Below are positions 29,388-36,909 of a stretch of 64,000 bases of DNA, one piece after another; position 1 is the first letter of the stretch, and the number at the start of each line of letters is the position of its first letter. The notes beneath the pieces are model-generated. The model was not told where the DNA came from. It ran no database searches and saw nothing but the letters and a program-made list of their open reading frames with translations. The position numbers and the translations under genes were made by a program. This DNA is from Actinomycetes bacterium (GTDB lineage: Bacteria > Auribacterota > JAJCYG01), in NCBI GenBank assembly GCA_029263055.1, contig JAJCYG010000099.1, forward strand, positions 64,083 through 128,082, read 5' to 3'.

Positions 29388-29520
29388 ATTTGTGTTTGAT
29401 TTTTAGGTTAAGTTACATATTTGTAAGGATTTGCTTTGATTTAAGTGATTCCAGTCAAAGAGATGGATAAAGCAATTTTAGTGCCTGACAGAGAAACAGG
29501 GTCTGTGGTAAACTTTTCCG

Positions 29521-30309
29521 ATGAAATTAGGAGAAGAGATGGTCCAGGAACAGAATAAAGAAGCCGAGCTTGCTTATTACAGACAGTATGCCCAAAACCT
29601 TGAAGGGGCAGGAGAAGACTTTACCGAAGAGATCTTTAATATGCTCTTTGATAAGTTTGGTGCTGTAAATGGAAATGGGGCATTGCTCCTTGATGCAGGC
29701 TGTGGTTCGGGTATCTATGGCAAGCGTTTGGCTCAGCGTGGTTATCAAGCAACCGGAGCTGATTTGTGCGATGACATGGTAGAAATTGCCAACACACGTA
29801 ATCCTGTTGAAGGCTTTAAAGCCATTCAAGGTGATTTGGAAGACCTTTCTCTTTTTCCTGAAAACCATTTTGATGTGATCTTTTTTGGTCAAATGCTTCA
29901 CCACTTTCCTAATATTGCTAAAGTGATGAAAGCAACGCACCACTGGTTGAAGCCAGGTGGCAAAATGATGATCTTAGAACCGAATGGTTCTAATCCTGTT
30001 AATTTAATCAGTAAAGAGATTGGCAAGGTAATGTCCTTTTTTAGCAATGCTATGAAAGCTTCTATTGGAACGGAAAATGAACGAAGCTTAGGTCACAAAG
30101 AAATTTTAGGTTATCTTGATCAAAATCAAATGAAGATCTTGCAAAAGTTTTCTTTAGATTTTCGTGTTGAAATTCCAGAGGGGGATCCGATTCCTCCGGT
30201 GTTGCGTTTTATGGTGGGCGTGCGCGAGTTGACTTATCGACTTGTTGCCAACATCCTTCCTATTATGAATCGTGGTCGCATCATGCTCATGATTGCAGAA
30301 AAAGTGTGA
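29521..30309 (+). CDS. Class I SAM-dependent methyltransferase
   Basis: 262 aa; motif I LLDAGCGSGIYGKRL, acidic post-I residue, Methyltransf_11/25-like. Confidence 0.7.
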   Translation: MKLGEEMVQEQNKEAELAYYRQYAQNLEGAGEDFTEEIFNMLFDKFGAVNGNGALLLDAGCGSGIYGKRLAQRGYQATGADLCDDMVEIANTRNPVEGFKAIQGDLEDLSLFPENHFDVIFFGQMLHHFPNIAKVMKATHHWLKPGGKMMILEPNGSNPVNLISKEIGKVMSFFSNAMKASIGTENERSLGHKEILGYLDQNQMKILQKFSLDFRVEIPEGDPIPPVLRFMVGVRELTYRLVANILPIMNRGRIMLMIAEKV

Positions 30310-30719
30310 TGAGACGTTTATCGGTTCTCTTTCTTTTAATCTTCTTTTCTTTTAGCTCTGTCCCTCCTGTTTATTCTGTTGAACGTATTGAACGATTAAA
30401 AAGTCGTGTCAAAAGAGGGGTTAATTTTTATCGTGATGGTCGTTTTACAATCTCTAAGTTGACCAAGCAAGGTTTGGGAAGTGGAGCTACTTTGATCCGA
30501 GGTTTGGTGACTAATGACACTAATCGAAGAGCAGTTTCAGTTCAATTAGAGGTCACATGTTATGACAAAGAAAGTGATTTGATTGACTCTAAATTATTTG
30601 AAATCAACTACCTTGACTCCCGCCAAACCCAACCCTTCAAAGTCCGTATCCGAGAACGCGAAGACATCATCACCTTATTCGAAGCCAATATCCAGGACGT
30701 TATCTGGGACGAATTTTAG
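30306..30719 (+). CDS. Small secreted hypothetical protein
   Basis: 137 aa; signal peptide LSVLFLLIFFSFSSVPPVYS; 4-nt overlap with the upstream methyltransferase. Confidence 0.5.
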   Translation: MMRRLSVLFLLIFFSFSSVPPVYSVERIERLKSRVKRGVNFYRDGRFTISKLTKQGLGSGATLIRGLVTNDTNRRAVSVQLEVTCYDKESDLIDSKLFEINYLDSRQTQPFKVRIREREDIITLFEANIQDVIWDEF

Positions 30720-30745
30720 TATTAGGGAAATTTAAGGCACACTGC

Positions 30746-30965
30746 GTGTCGAAATGTTTCCACAAAGGGCCGTTCCATAAGCAACTTGCCGCCCGGCAAG
30801 TCACTTATTCCACTCATACTCGGATCCACACCCAGAAAAAGTTGCCTTCTTAGGCAGGGTCTCCCTCCGGTTCTGCTTCGCTGCACCTGCGGGAGCCCCT
30901 GTCGGAAGTCAACTTTCTCTGGGCCCCTGTCTCCTCAGATGCCCTTTGTGGAAACATTTCGACAC
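30746..30965. repeat. 220-bp unit closed by a perfect 25-bp inverted repeat (GTGTCGAAATGTTTCCACAAAGGGC / GCCCTTTGTGGAAACATTTCGACAC) enclosing about 170 nt of GC-rich, hairpin-dense sequence
   Basis: Read directly: arms at 30746-30770 and 30941-30965; internal local hairpins (CTTGCCGCCCGGCAAG; ATAAGCAACTTGCC/GGCAAGTCACTTAT); the left arm sequence also forms the 5' end of the second repeat copy at 58738. Confidence 0.7.
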
Positions 30966-31010
30966 TCCGTTGATCAAGTCTATATTTATAAAAGAATATT
31001 TAACCACGTA

Positions 31011-31235
31011 AAAATAATCTGAAAGATGTTTCCCCCGAACCTTTAAGGAATGTTGCCGCAAAGACGGAGCAAAAAATGTGAGGGAAAGAGCAAGACTGGT
31101 GTCTGAACGGAGCCTCGCGCCGAATGTGCGAAGCCATTCGGACCAGAGGCGCAGTGAGTTCATTCTTGCCCTCACATTTTTTGCGCAGTCTGCTGCAAAT
31201 TCCGGGTGAGGGGGAGACATCTTTCAGATTATTTT
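31011..31235. mobile_element. MITE-like element: 25-bp terminal inverted repeats (AAAATAATCTGAAAGATGTTTCCCC ... GGGGAGACATCTTTCAGATTATTTT, 1 mismatch) flanking a core of about 175 bp that is itself a long imperfect palindrome
   Basis: Read directly; core (31046-31210) is nearly identical, a few substitutions over about 170 nt, to 58752-58944; no ORF of its own (overlapping track ORFs are artefacts of the repeat). Confidence 0.6.
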
Positions 31236-31244
31236 GGACCTAGC

Positions 31245-32450
31245 TCAATCTGAAACAAAGAACGGGTTGAAGTTGACTTCAGGGGCGGCGAAGATCATCC
31301 ATAGGGCGCCGATGCTTGGAAAAGGGAGGTTGTGTGGCCAGGCTAGTTGAGGGGGGCCAATGATGTGTGGGAATCTTCCTGAAGGGAGTTTTAGTTTTTC
31401 CATTTCTGAATAAAAGTAATTGGCTTGTTGCAAAAAGCCGAGTTGTCTAAAAGCTAAAATCGCTCCAGCCACTCCTTCAATCCAAATCGAGTTATCAACA
31501 ATGCCATCTCCGTTTGTGTCTAGACGAGGATCATACGAATAGGTTACTTTTGAAAAACCTTCTGCTTTATTGGAGCGGGTGCGGTATTGCAACATCCACT
31601 TGAGTGCCATTTTATATTTTAAAGGAGATCGGCCGTGCAGTTTCTCCGTTGCTTTTAGAGAGAGAAGAGGCCATGTTTGAGAATCAAGCATTTCAGGAAA
31701 CGAAGAGATGTCTCCTTTGCTATTTAAAAAAGCGACGGCGAAATGTTCTTTTTGCCATAACTTATCTGTTAAAAATCGAGCCACTAAACGGCCTGCTTCA
31801 CGATAGCGAATTCGATTAAGTGGTTTTTGGGCAAAGACAGACATGGCGTAAAAGGCAGCCAAGCAGTTGGCATTTGCCTCGGTATTGCGCACATCTGAAT
31901 AAGGATAAGCCTTACCCAGTTTGACGCCGCCATAAGTAAAACTATTTGGATTTTTATCTTGATGGCTTAAAAGCCAGTCTGTATTTTTTTCAGCAAGTTT
32001 CCAAGCAAGTGGGTCTTTAGTTTTTTTGTAATAATGAAGCAGTGCCAACACCATCCAAGCATTAGGGCCGGTTGCGCGGTTCCATGCTGTAATCCGACCT
32101 GTTTGAATATGAAACGCGTCAGCCCAGGGGCCGTCTTCATCTTGGAGTTTTTCAAATCCCTGCACAATCTCTTTGGCTAATTGTAGATCTTTTTCTTCAC
32201 CTCTAAGCACCAGTAAGATTAGAGCTATAGCATTGGTGTAGGTATAAGAATTATGTGGATTAGAAGGGTCTGCTGAAGAGAGTGTTAATTTGGTTAGACT
32301 GTTTTGCTGTGAGATTAACCAATCATAATCAGCTTTAAACGGATCTAAATTATGTGCGGCAAAAGAAGTCGGCGTTGGTATTCCTACCAATAAAAGAGAG
32401 AGGAAAATAAGAAGTTGTTTTTTAATTTTCATGGAAAAGGAAGGTAACAC
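31245..32450 (-). CDS. Secreted hypothetical protein (401 aa), possibly alpha/alpha-toroid fold
   Basis: Signal peptide KKQLLIFLSLLLVGIPTPTSFA; repetitive helical hairpin-like segments (NAIALILLVLRGEEKDL..., NAWMVLALLHYYKKTKD...); function unknown. Confidence 0.6.
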   Translation of the reverse strand: MLPSFSMKIKKQLLIFLSLLLVGIPTPTSFAAHNLDPFKADYDWLISQQNSLTKLTLSSADPSNPHNSYTYTNAIALILLVLRGEEKDLQLAKEIVQGFEKLQDEDGPWADAFHIQTGRITAWNRATGPNAWMVLALLHYYKKTKDPLAWKLAEKNTDWLLSHQDKNPNSFTYGGVKLGKAYPYSDVRNTEANANCLAAFYAMSVFAQKPLNRIRYREAGRLVARFLTDKLWQKEHFAVAFLNSKGDISSFPEMLDSQTWPLLSLKATEKLHGRSPLKYKMALKWMLQYRTRSNKAEGFSKVTYSYDPRLDTNGDGIVDNSIWIEGVAGAILAFRQLGFLQQANYFYSEMEKLKLPSGRFPHIIGPPQLAWPHNLPFPSIGALWMIFAAPEVNFNPFFVSD

Positions 32451-32505
32451 AAAGGGTATTTTAATTCAAGTTAAACTATTTAAGTCTTTCTTTTAGAGCG
32501 ATCTG

Positions 32506-34020
32506 CTAAAGATTGGTTTGAACTGGCACCTTGTTTAGGTGGGCTTGGATTTCTTCAGATGAAAGGAGTCTTTTTTCTTCGAGTTCTTTTTTGTGCAGCT
32601 GTGTGATTTGCTCTTTGTTGGTGTAGGTTAGTCCCCGTTCTTTTAAAAGTGCTTCTAAGTTTGTTTGAGTTTGAGTCTTTTTGTGAAAGATCTCTTTTAG
32701 ATGACCCATTAAATCCCAAATGCCATTAGCGACATCTTGTTTGGCTTCCCCCACTAAACCGCTGCTTGGACGTCGGGCCCATCCAAAAGCCCAAATCAAA
32801 CGTTCTTTATAAACAAGCCGATAGGGAAAGTTCGGTATAGGAACAGGCCACCCTTTTTCTGTTTCTAGTCCTAGCTCAGGGTTGATCACACTGCCAATGG
32901 AATAAATAAATGTGTCAATAGGGATGGTTTTATTATCGCACTCAATCTTTAATGCTTTAACTCGCCCTGATTTTGTTCCAAGAACCAACTTGTTGTGGGA
33001 TAAATGAATTTTAGCTAATTGGTTTTTTTCGTTACGTTCTAGCTCTTCAGGTTGAGTGAGAAAATGGAATGAAACAGTGGGACCTGTTGGGTTAAATGTT
33101 TCTTTTCCAAGCGCGACGTTTTTAATGAAATTAATTTTTTCTTCGGGAATGAGCATGTTGTGCATCAGAGTGGTGACATCTTTTTCTAGACTACCTGTTA
33201 GTTTATGCTCGTTGACTTTGGGTTCTTTGGTCCGTTCATCTAAAACAACGCCACCTGTATCGCTATCAATAATAATATCTAAAAAATAGGGAAGGGATTG
33301 GCCTTCAGCTTCCATCTCTTTTTGTTCTTCGTAAATAACGTGGAGCACTCTCTTGAGTTCAAGGTCTAATTTAATCGGATCAATGGTATCAATGAGTTCT
33401 TTAACTTCAGGATGTTTCATTTTAAATTCAAATGGCCCACGTCGGGCAAAAACTGTAATCTCTTTGACCACATCTTGTTTTTCATGGGTGAGCCAGTAGA
33501 TCATGTCTGCGGTTACGTTTCCCATCCCTAATATAGCGACATGTTCTCCAATATGGAGTTGATAGTCTTTATAGCCAGGAGCTTGGTTGTAGCATTGGGC
33601 CACATCATAGGCATTGTGCACGCCAAGTAGTTCAATCCCTTTAATGGAAAGAGGTTTGCTGCCGCGTGAGCCTGTTGCCAGGACAAGGGCATTGGGTTCT
33701 AACGAAAGAAGATCCTCTAATGTTAAGTCGTGTCCTCCACCTACAGACAGCCCGCCATAATAACCAATAAAGTTAGGGTCATCTAAAATTTTAGAAAAAG
33801 CGCGTAATAAACCGAGTTTCATTTTTTTGTCTTTATCGTAACGAATAAAGTATCGGGTTCCGCCACCAATGGCGTGATCGCGGTTAATCATTAATACTTG
33901 GTAGCCTTCGTTCATGAGGCTGCGAGCTGTGTAAAAGCCAGTAGCCCCTCCGCCGAGAATAACGACTTGAGAGGGAGTGCTTGCTGTCTCTGTTGCTGAA
34001 TTATTTTCTGATGCAATCAT
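32506..34020 (-). CDS. FAD/NAD(P)-binding oxidoreductase, adrenodoxin-reductase / FprA (ferredoxin-NADP+ reductase) family, paralog 1
   Basis: 504 aa; FAD Rossmann VVILGGGATGFYTA, second NADP Rossmann HVAILGMGNVTADMIYWL, FprA-like blocks VFARRGPFEFKM, FHFLTQPEEL, AFGWARRPSSGLVGEAKQD, same order as in FprA/AdR-type enzymes. Confidence 0.7.
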   Translation of the reverse strand: MIASENNSATETASTPSQVVILGGGATGFYTARSLMNEGYQVLMINRDHAIGGGTRYFIRYDKDKKMKLGLLRAFSKILDDPNFIGYYGGLSVGGGHDLTLEDLLSLEPNALVLATGSRGSKPLSIKGIELLGVHNAYDVAQCYNQAPGYKDYQLHIGEHVAILGMGNVTADMIYWLTHEKQDVVKEITVFARRGPFEFKMKHPEVKELIDTIDPIKLDLELKRVLHVIYEEQKEMEAEGQSLPYFLDIIIDSDTGGVVLDERTKEPKVNEHKLTGSLEKDVTTLMHNMLIPEEKINFIKNVALGKETFNPTGPTVSFHFLTQPEELERNEKNQLAKIHLSHNKLVLGTKSGRVKALKIECDNKTIPIDTFIYSIGSVINPELGLETEKGWPVPIPNFPYRLVYKERLIWAFGWARRPSSGLVGEAKQDVANGIWDLMGHLKEIFHKKTQTQTNLEALLKERGLTYTNKEQITQLHKKELEEKRLLSSEEIQAHLNKVPVQTNL

Positions 34021-34037
34021 ATTGGGATTATACCAAG

Positions 34038-35810
34038 TTAGAGGCTCTGTTCTAGTCTAAATTGCTCGAATCGACCCCAAACTTCGGGTTGAGTGAGTAA
34101 GGTTTTTGAGTCAAGTTCTTGAAGGTGAAGTCTTAGAGCTTGATCTTGAGTGACCCAGTTTAGGTCTTTTGTTCTTAAAAGTGTTTCAACCTTTTTTGCT
34201 GTGAGCTGACTTGGTTTTAAGACCAGTCCTTTAGTTGCGTTTTGAGCATCTGTTTTGGCTAAGCCAGCTAAACCAGAACTTGGTTTGCGATTCCAGCCAG
34301 AAACACGCAAGGGGACTGAATCTTTATTTGAAGAGGGAATTTTAAAAGGGTCTTCTACCTCTGTAATAGGTTGGCCCCATTTTGTTGGGACACCTAGCTC
34401 TGGATCAACTAAGCTTCCAATAGAATAGATGAAGTAGTCTGTTGCGATAGAGGCGCTGTCAGTTTGTTCAGGTTTGATGCGAGCTGAGTTAGAGTCGTAT
34501 GTGAGCTTGTTACGGGCTAATCGAGTCTCTTTTAAATTTATTCCTGCTTCGTCTGAAAGAAATTCAATCGGTTGGGTTAAAAATTGAAATGAAAGTTTTA
34601 AATTGTTTTTGTCAAATTCAAACGTATTGGCTAAAACTTTATTGTAAGTTGAAACTGAAAGCATTCTTTTGAGAACGGTTTCAATATCTTGGTCCATCTC
34701 TCCTGTGAGCGGAAACTCAACTTGTGTGAAATAAGGAAACGACGCACCACTTTTATTTAGTTTTGCTTCTTCTAAGTAAATGGTTTCTAAGACTCTTCTA
34801 ATTTCTCCTCGAAGTTGGTCTATTTCGATAAAGGAGAGAACCTCTTTTGCTTCATTAGGGTTCATTTTGAATTCAAACGGTCCTCGTCGAGCAAAGACAG
34901 AAACGTCTGTTGTTTTAGATTCAAATAAGAGCGGTTTTGATTTGACCGTCCTATTTTCTTGATTGAATTCAATAAAACCAAGGTAATGTAATAAGCGGAG
35001 TGTAAAATCAAATTGGGTGACAAATTTTTTAAATTGATCTTTAGGACTGAGTTCTTTAATAGCACTTTTTAATTGATCAATAAAAACCTCATCCTGTTCT
35101 GAGTTTAAAGAATCAAATGCTTGGGCAAATCGGTTGATAAAAGCGAGCCAGACAATCATGTCTGCAGTCACATTTCCAACACCCAGTATGCCGATATGTC
35201 CGCTTAGTTTTAATTCACTGAGTTCATAGCCGGGAGCAATATTGTATTGTTGGGCAATTTGGTAGGCGTCATAAATTTTTCCTAATTCAATTCCTGGTAT
35301 GTTTGGAGTGTTGCTGGTGCGGGAGCCTGCTGCTAAATAAATGAGGCTCGGTTTAAGCTGGGCAAGTTCATCTAAAGTAATATCTCCGTTTGCACCTACT
35401 TTAATGCCTCCGTAATAGCCTTCAAAGTGTTCGTTGCTTAAGGTGCTGGCAAAACGTTTTAACATTCCTGATTTGAGTTTGATTTTATCGGGTCGAATGA
35501 GAAAGCGGGTTCCGCCTCCAATGGGCCCATCTTCATTGAGCATTAAGACTCTGTTGCCTTGTTTGATGAGCGCTTCAGCGGCATAAAAGCCAGAGGCGCC
35601 TCCTCCGACAATGATGACGAGAGGGGGTTGGAGCTTAGTTGAGGGAGAAAGTGCCTGAGAGTTTAGCCTGTTTATAGGGTTAGGGCTTAATGCCATATAG
35701 AGTGAAAGAAAGAGCATCAGACTCAAATAAAACAAACGGCAGAGCAACATATTAAGACCTATTTTAAAGTGATTTTCTTCACAAATGTTTACCAAAAAAC
35801 CGGTCTCCAA
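34038..35810 (-). CDS. FprA/adrenodoxin-reductase family oxidoreductase, paralog 2, with N-terminal membrane anchor
   Basis: 590 aa; hydrophobic N-terminus (LLCRLFYLSLMLFLSLYMAL) then IIVGGGASGFYAAEAL, GGGTRFLIRPDK, HIGILGVGNVTADMIVWL, VFARRGPFEFKM, FQFLTQPIEF; clear paralog of the downstream gene. Confidence 0.65.
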   Translation of the reverse strand: METGFLVNICEENHFKIGLNMLLCRLFYLSLMLFLSLYMALSPNPINRLNSQALSPSTKLQPPLVIIVGGGASGFYAAEALIKQGNRVLMLNEDGPIGGGTRFLIRPDKIKLKSGMLKRFASTLSNEHFEGYYGGIKVGANGDITLDELAQLKPSLIYLAAGSRTSNTPNIPGIELGKIYDAYQIAQQYNIAPGYELSELKLSGHIGILGVGNVTADMIVWLAFINRFAQAFDSLNSEQDEVFIDQLKSAIKELSPKDQFKKFVTQFDFTLRLLHYLGFIEFNQENRTVKSKPLLFESKTTDVSVFARRGPFEFKMNPNEAKEVLSFIEIDQLRGEIRRVLETIYLEEAKLNKSGASFPYFTQVEFPLTGEMDQDIETVLKRMLSVSTYNKVLANTFEFDKNNLKLSFQFLTQPIEFLSDEAGINLKETRLARNKLTYDSNSARIKPEQTDSASIATDYFIYSIGSLVDPELGVPTKWGQPITEVEDPFKIPSSNKDSVPLRVSGWNRKPSSGLAGLAKTDAQNATKGLVLKPSQLTAKKVETLLRTKDLNWVTQDQALRLHLQELDSKTLLTQPEVWGRFEQFRLEQSL

Positions 35811-35841
35811 GCAAGAAGGCTTATGATAAAATAAGAGGCTT

Positions 35842-36906
35842 ATGAATAATCCGGCTCAAATTATTTTTGCAAGTGCTTTAGGGGCATCAGTCTTGATACA
35901 TGGAATGGTCTATTCCGGGCTAGAGGTCTCTTCTATGATTGTTCCGGCTCAGCCTATTCAGGTCATGCCTCAAATGAAGCGCCCTCCTAAAGTGACGTTT
36001 GAATTCACAGATGCTCCTGATGACTTAAAAGATGAAGAGACGCCTCTAAAACAGACAAATAAGATTTCGAGTAAAAACAGTTCTGCGCGTGATTTGATTG
36101 CGGACAAAGTTAAATCTCCGCAAACAGGGCCAGCAGCGCCTGTAGTTAAAGATGGGGCGCAGCAATTGGCTAAAAAAAATCAGCCAGATCTTTACATACA
36201 AGATAAGAAAGGAGCGCAGGTTCCAAATCAAGATTACCTCACTCCTTTAGATCAGAAGCTTCCTTTAGAAGAAACATTTGAAGCCGAGCCTGATAAAAAA
36301 GAAGAAGCGATTGCTGAAATGAAAAAAGATTTGATTAGTTTAGAGAAATTAAAAAAAGATTTAGATAAAAAACTGTCTAAAAAAAGAGAAGACTTACTTG
36401 AGAAGCAAAAGAAAAAAGTTCAAAAAGAACGAACTCAAGAGATGAGTCAAACATATACGCCTCAAGGTAATGCCAAACAAGATAAGCGGGTTGTTGTTTA
36501 TGATCCGACACGCAACGTAGACACTTATCAAGCAGAGATGGTTCAAAAATTTGTGGCGACAGCCATTGATATTGGCTCTCCTTCATTTAGTTCTAACAAA
36601 CATATTTTAGGTCCTTACTTGGATCGTCTCAAAAGTCGAGTGTCACCGTTATGGCATTTGAAATTAGAATCACAAGATTCAGGAAGGCTCTTTAACACGA
36701 AAAAAGTGGTAATAGGGGTTCAAATATTAAAAGATGGAAGTTTAGGCGCGTTATTGATTCTTCAAGATTTTGGAGATGATCTGTTTAATAAACTTTGCTT
36801 AGACACTTTTATTGAGCTTGCCCCTTTTGAGTTTTTACCCACAGAGTGGAAGCAAGAGAGTGGGTTGGACCATTTGAATCTTATTTATCGATTTAAGGCG
36901 TATTAG
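35842..36906 (+). CDS. TonB/TolA-like protein candidate (N-terminal TM anchor, Pro/charged linker, C-terminal TonB-C-like domain)
   Basis: 354 aa; TM IIFASALGASVLIHGMVYSG; linker rich in P, K, E, D; C-terminus VVIGVQILKDGSLGALLILQDFGDDLFNKLCLDTFIELAPFEFLP resembles the TonB C-terminal beta-beta-alpha-beta fold ending F.P; assignment tentative. Confidence 0.4.
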   Translation: MNNPAQIIFASALGASVLIHGMVYSGLEVSSMIVPAQPIQVMPQMKRPPKVTFEFTDAPDDLKDEETPLKQTNKISSKNSSARDLIADKVKSPQTGPAAPVVKDGAQQLAKKNQPDLYIQDKKGAQVPNQDYLTPLDQKLPLEETFEAEPDKKEEAIAEMKKDLISLEKLKKDLDKKLSKKREDLLEKQKKKVQKERTQEMSQTYTPQGNAKQDKRVVVYDPTRNVDTYQAEMVQKFVATAIDIGSPSFSSNKHILGPYLDRLKSRVSPLWHLKLESQDSGRLFNTKKVVIGVQILKDGSLGALLILQDFGDDLFNKLCLDTFIELAPFEFLPTEWKQESGLDHLNLIYRFKAY

Positions 36907-36909
36907 AAC

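Noticed and set aside
30746-30965. Identification of the GC-rich hairpin-rich segment as RNase P RNA, tmRNA, SRP RNA or 6S RNA
   Set aside because: Conserved signature sequences of those RNAs (P4 GGAAAGUCCGG / ACAGAA..., tmRNA 3' tRNA-like end, SRP GGAAGCAGCCAAGG) are absent.
30786-31220. Track ORFs 30786..31022 (+), 30909..31220 (-) and 58673..58954 (-) as protein-coding genes
   Set aside because: They lie on the inverted-repeat and MITE-like elements. The two minus-strand ORFs share an identical 26-aa N-terminal peptide only because they read through the repeated core. They are palindrome-driven artefacts.
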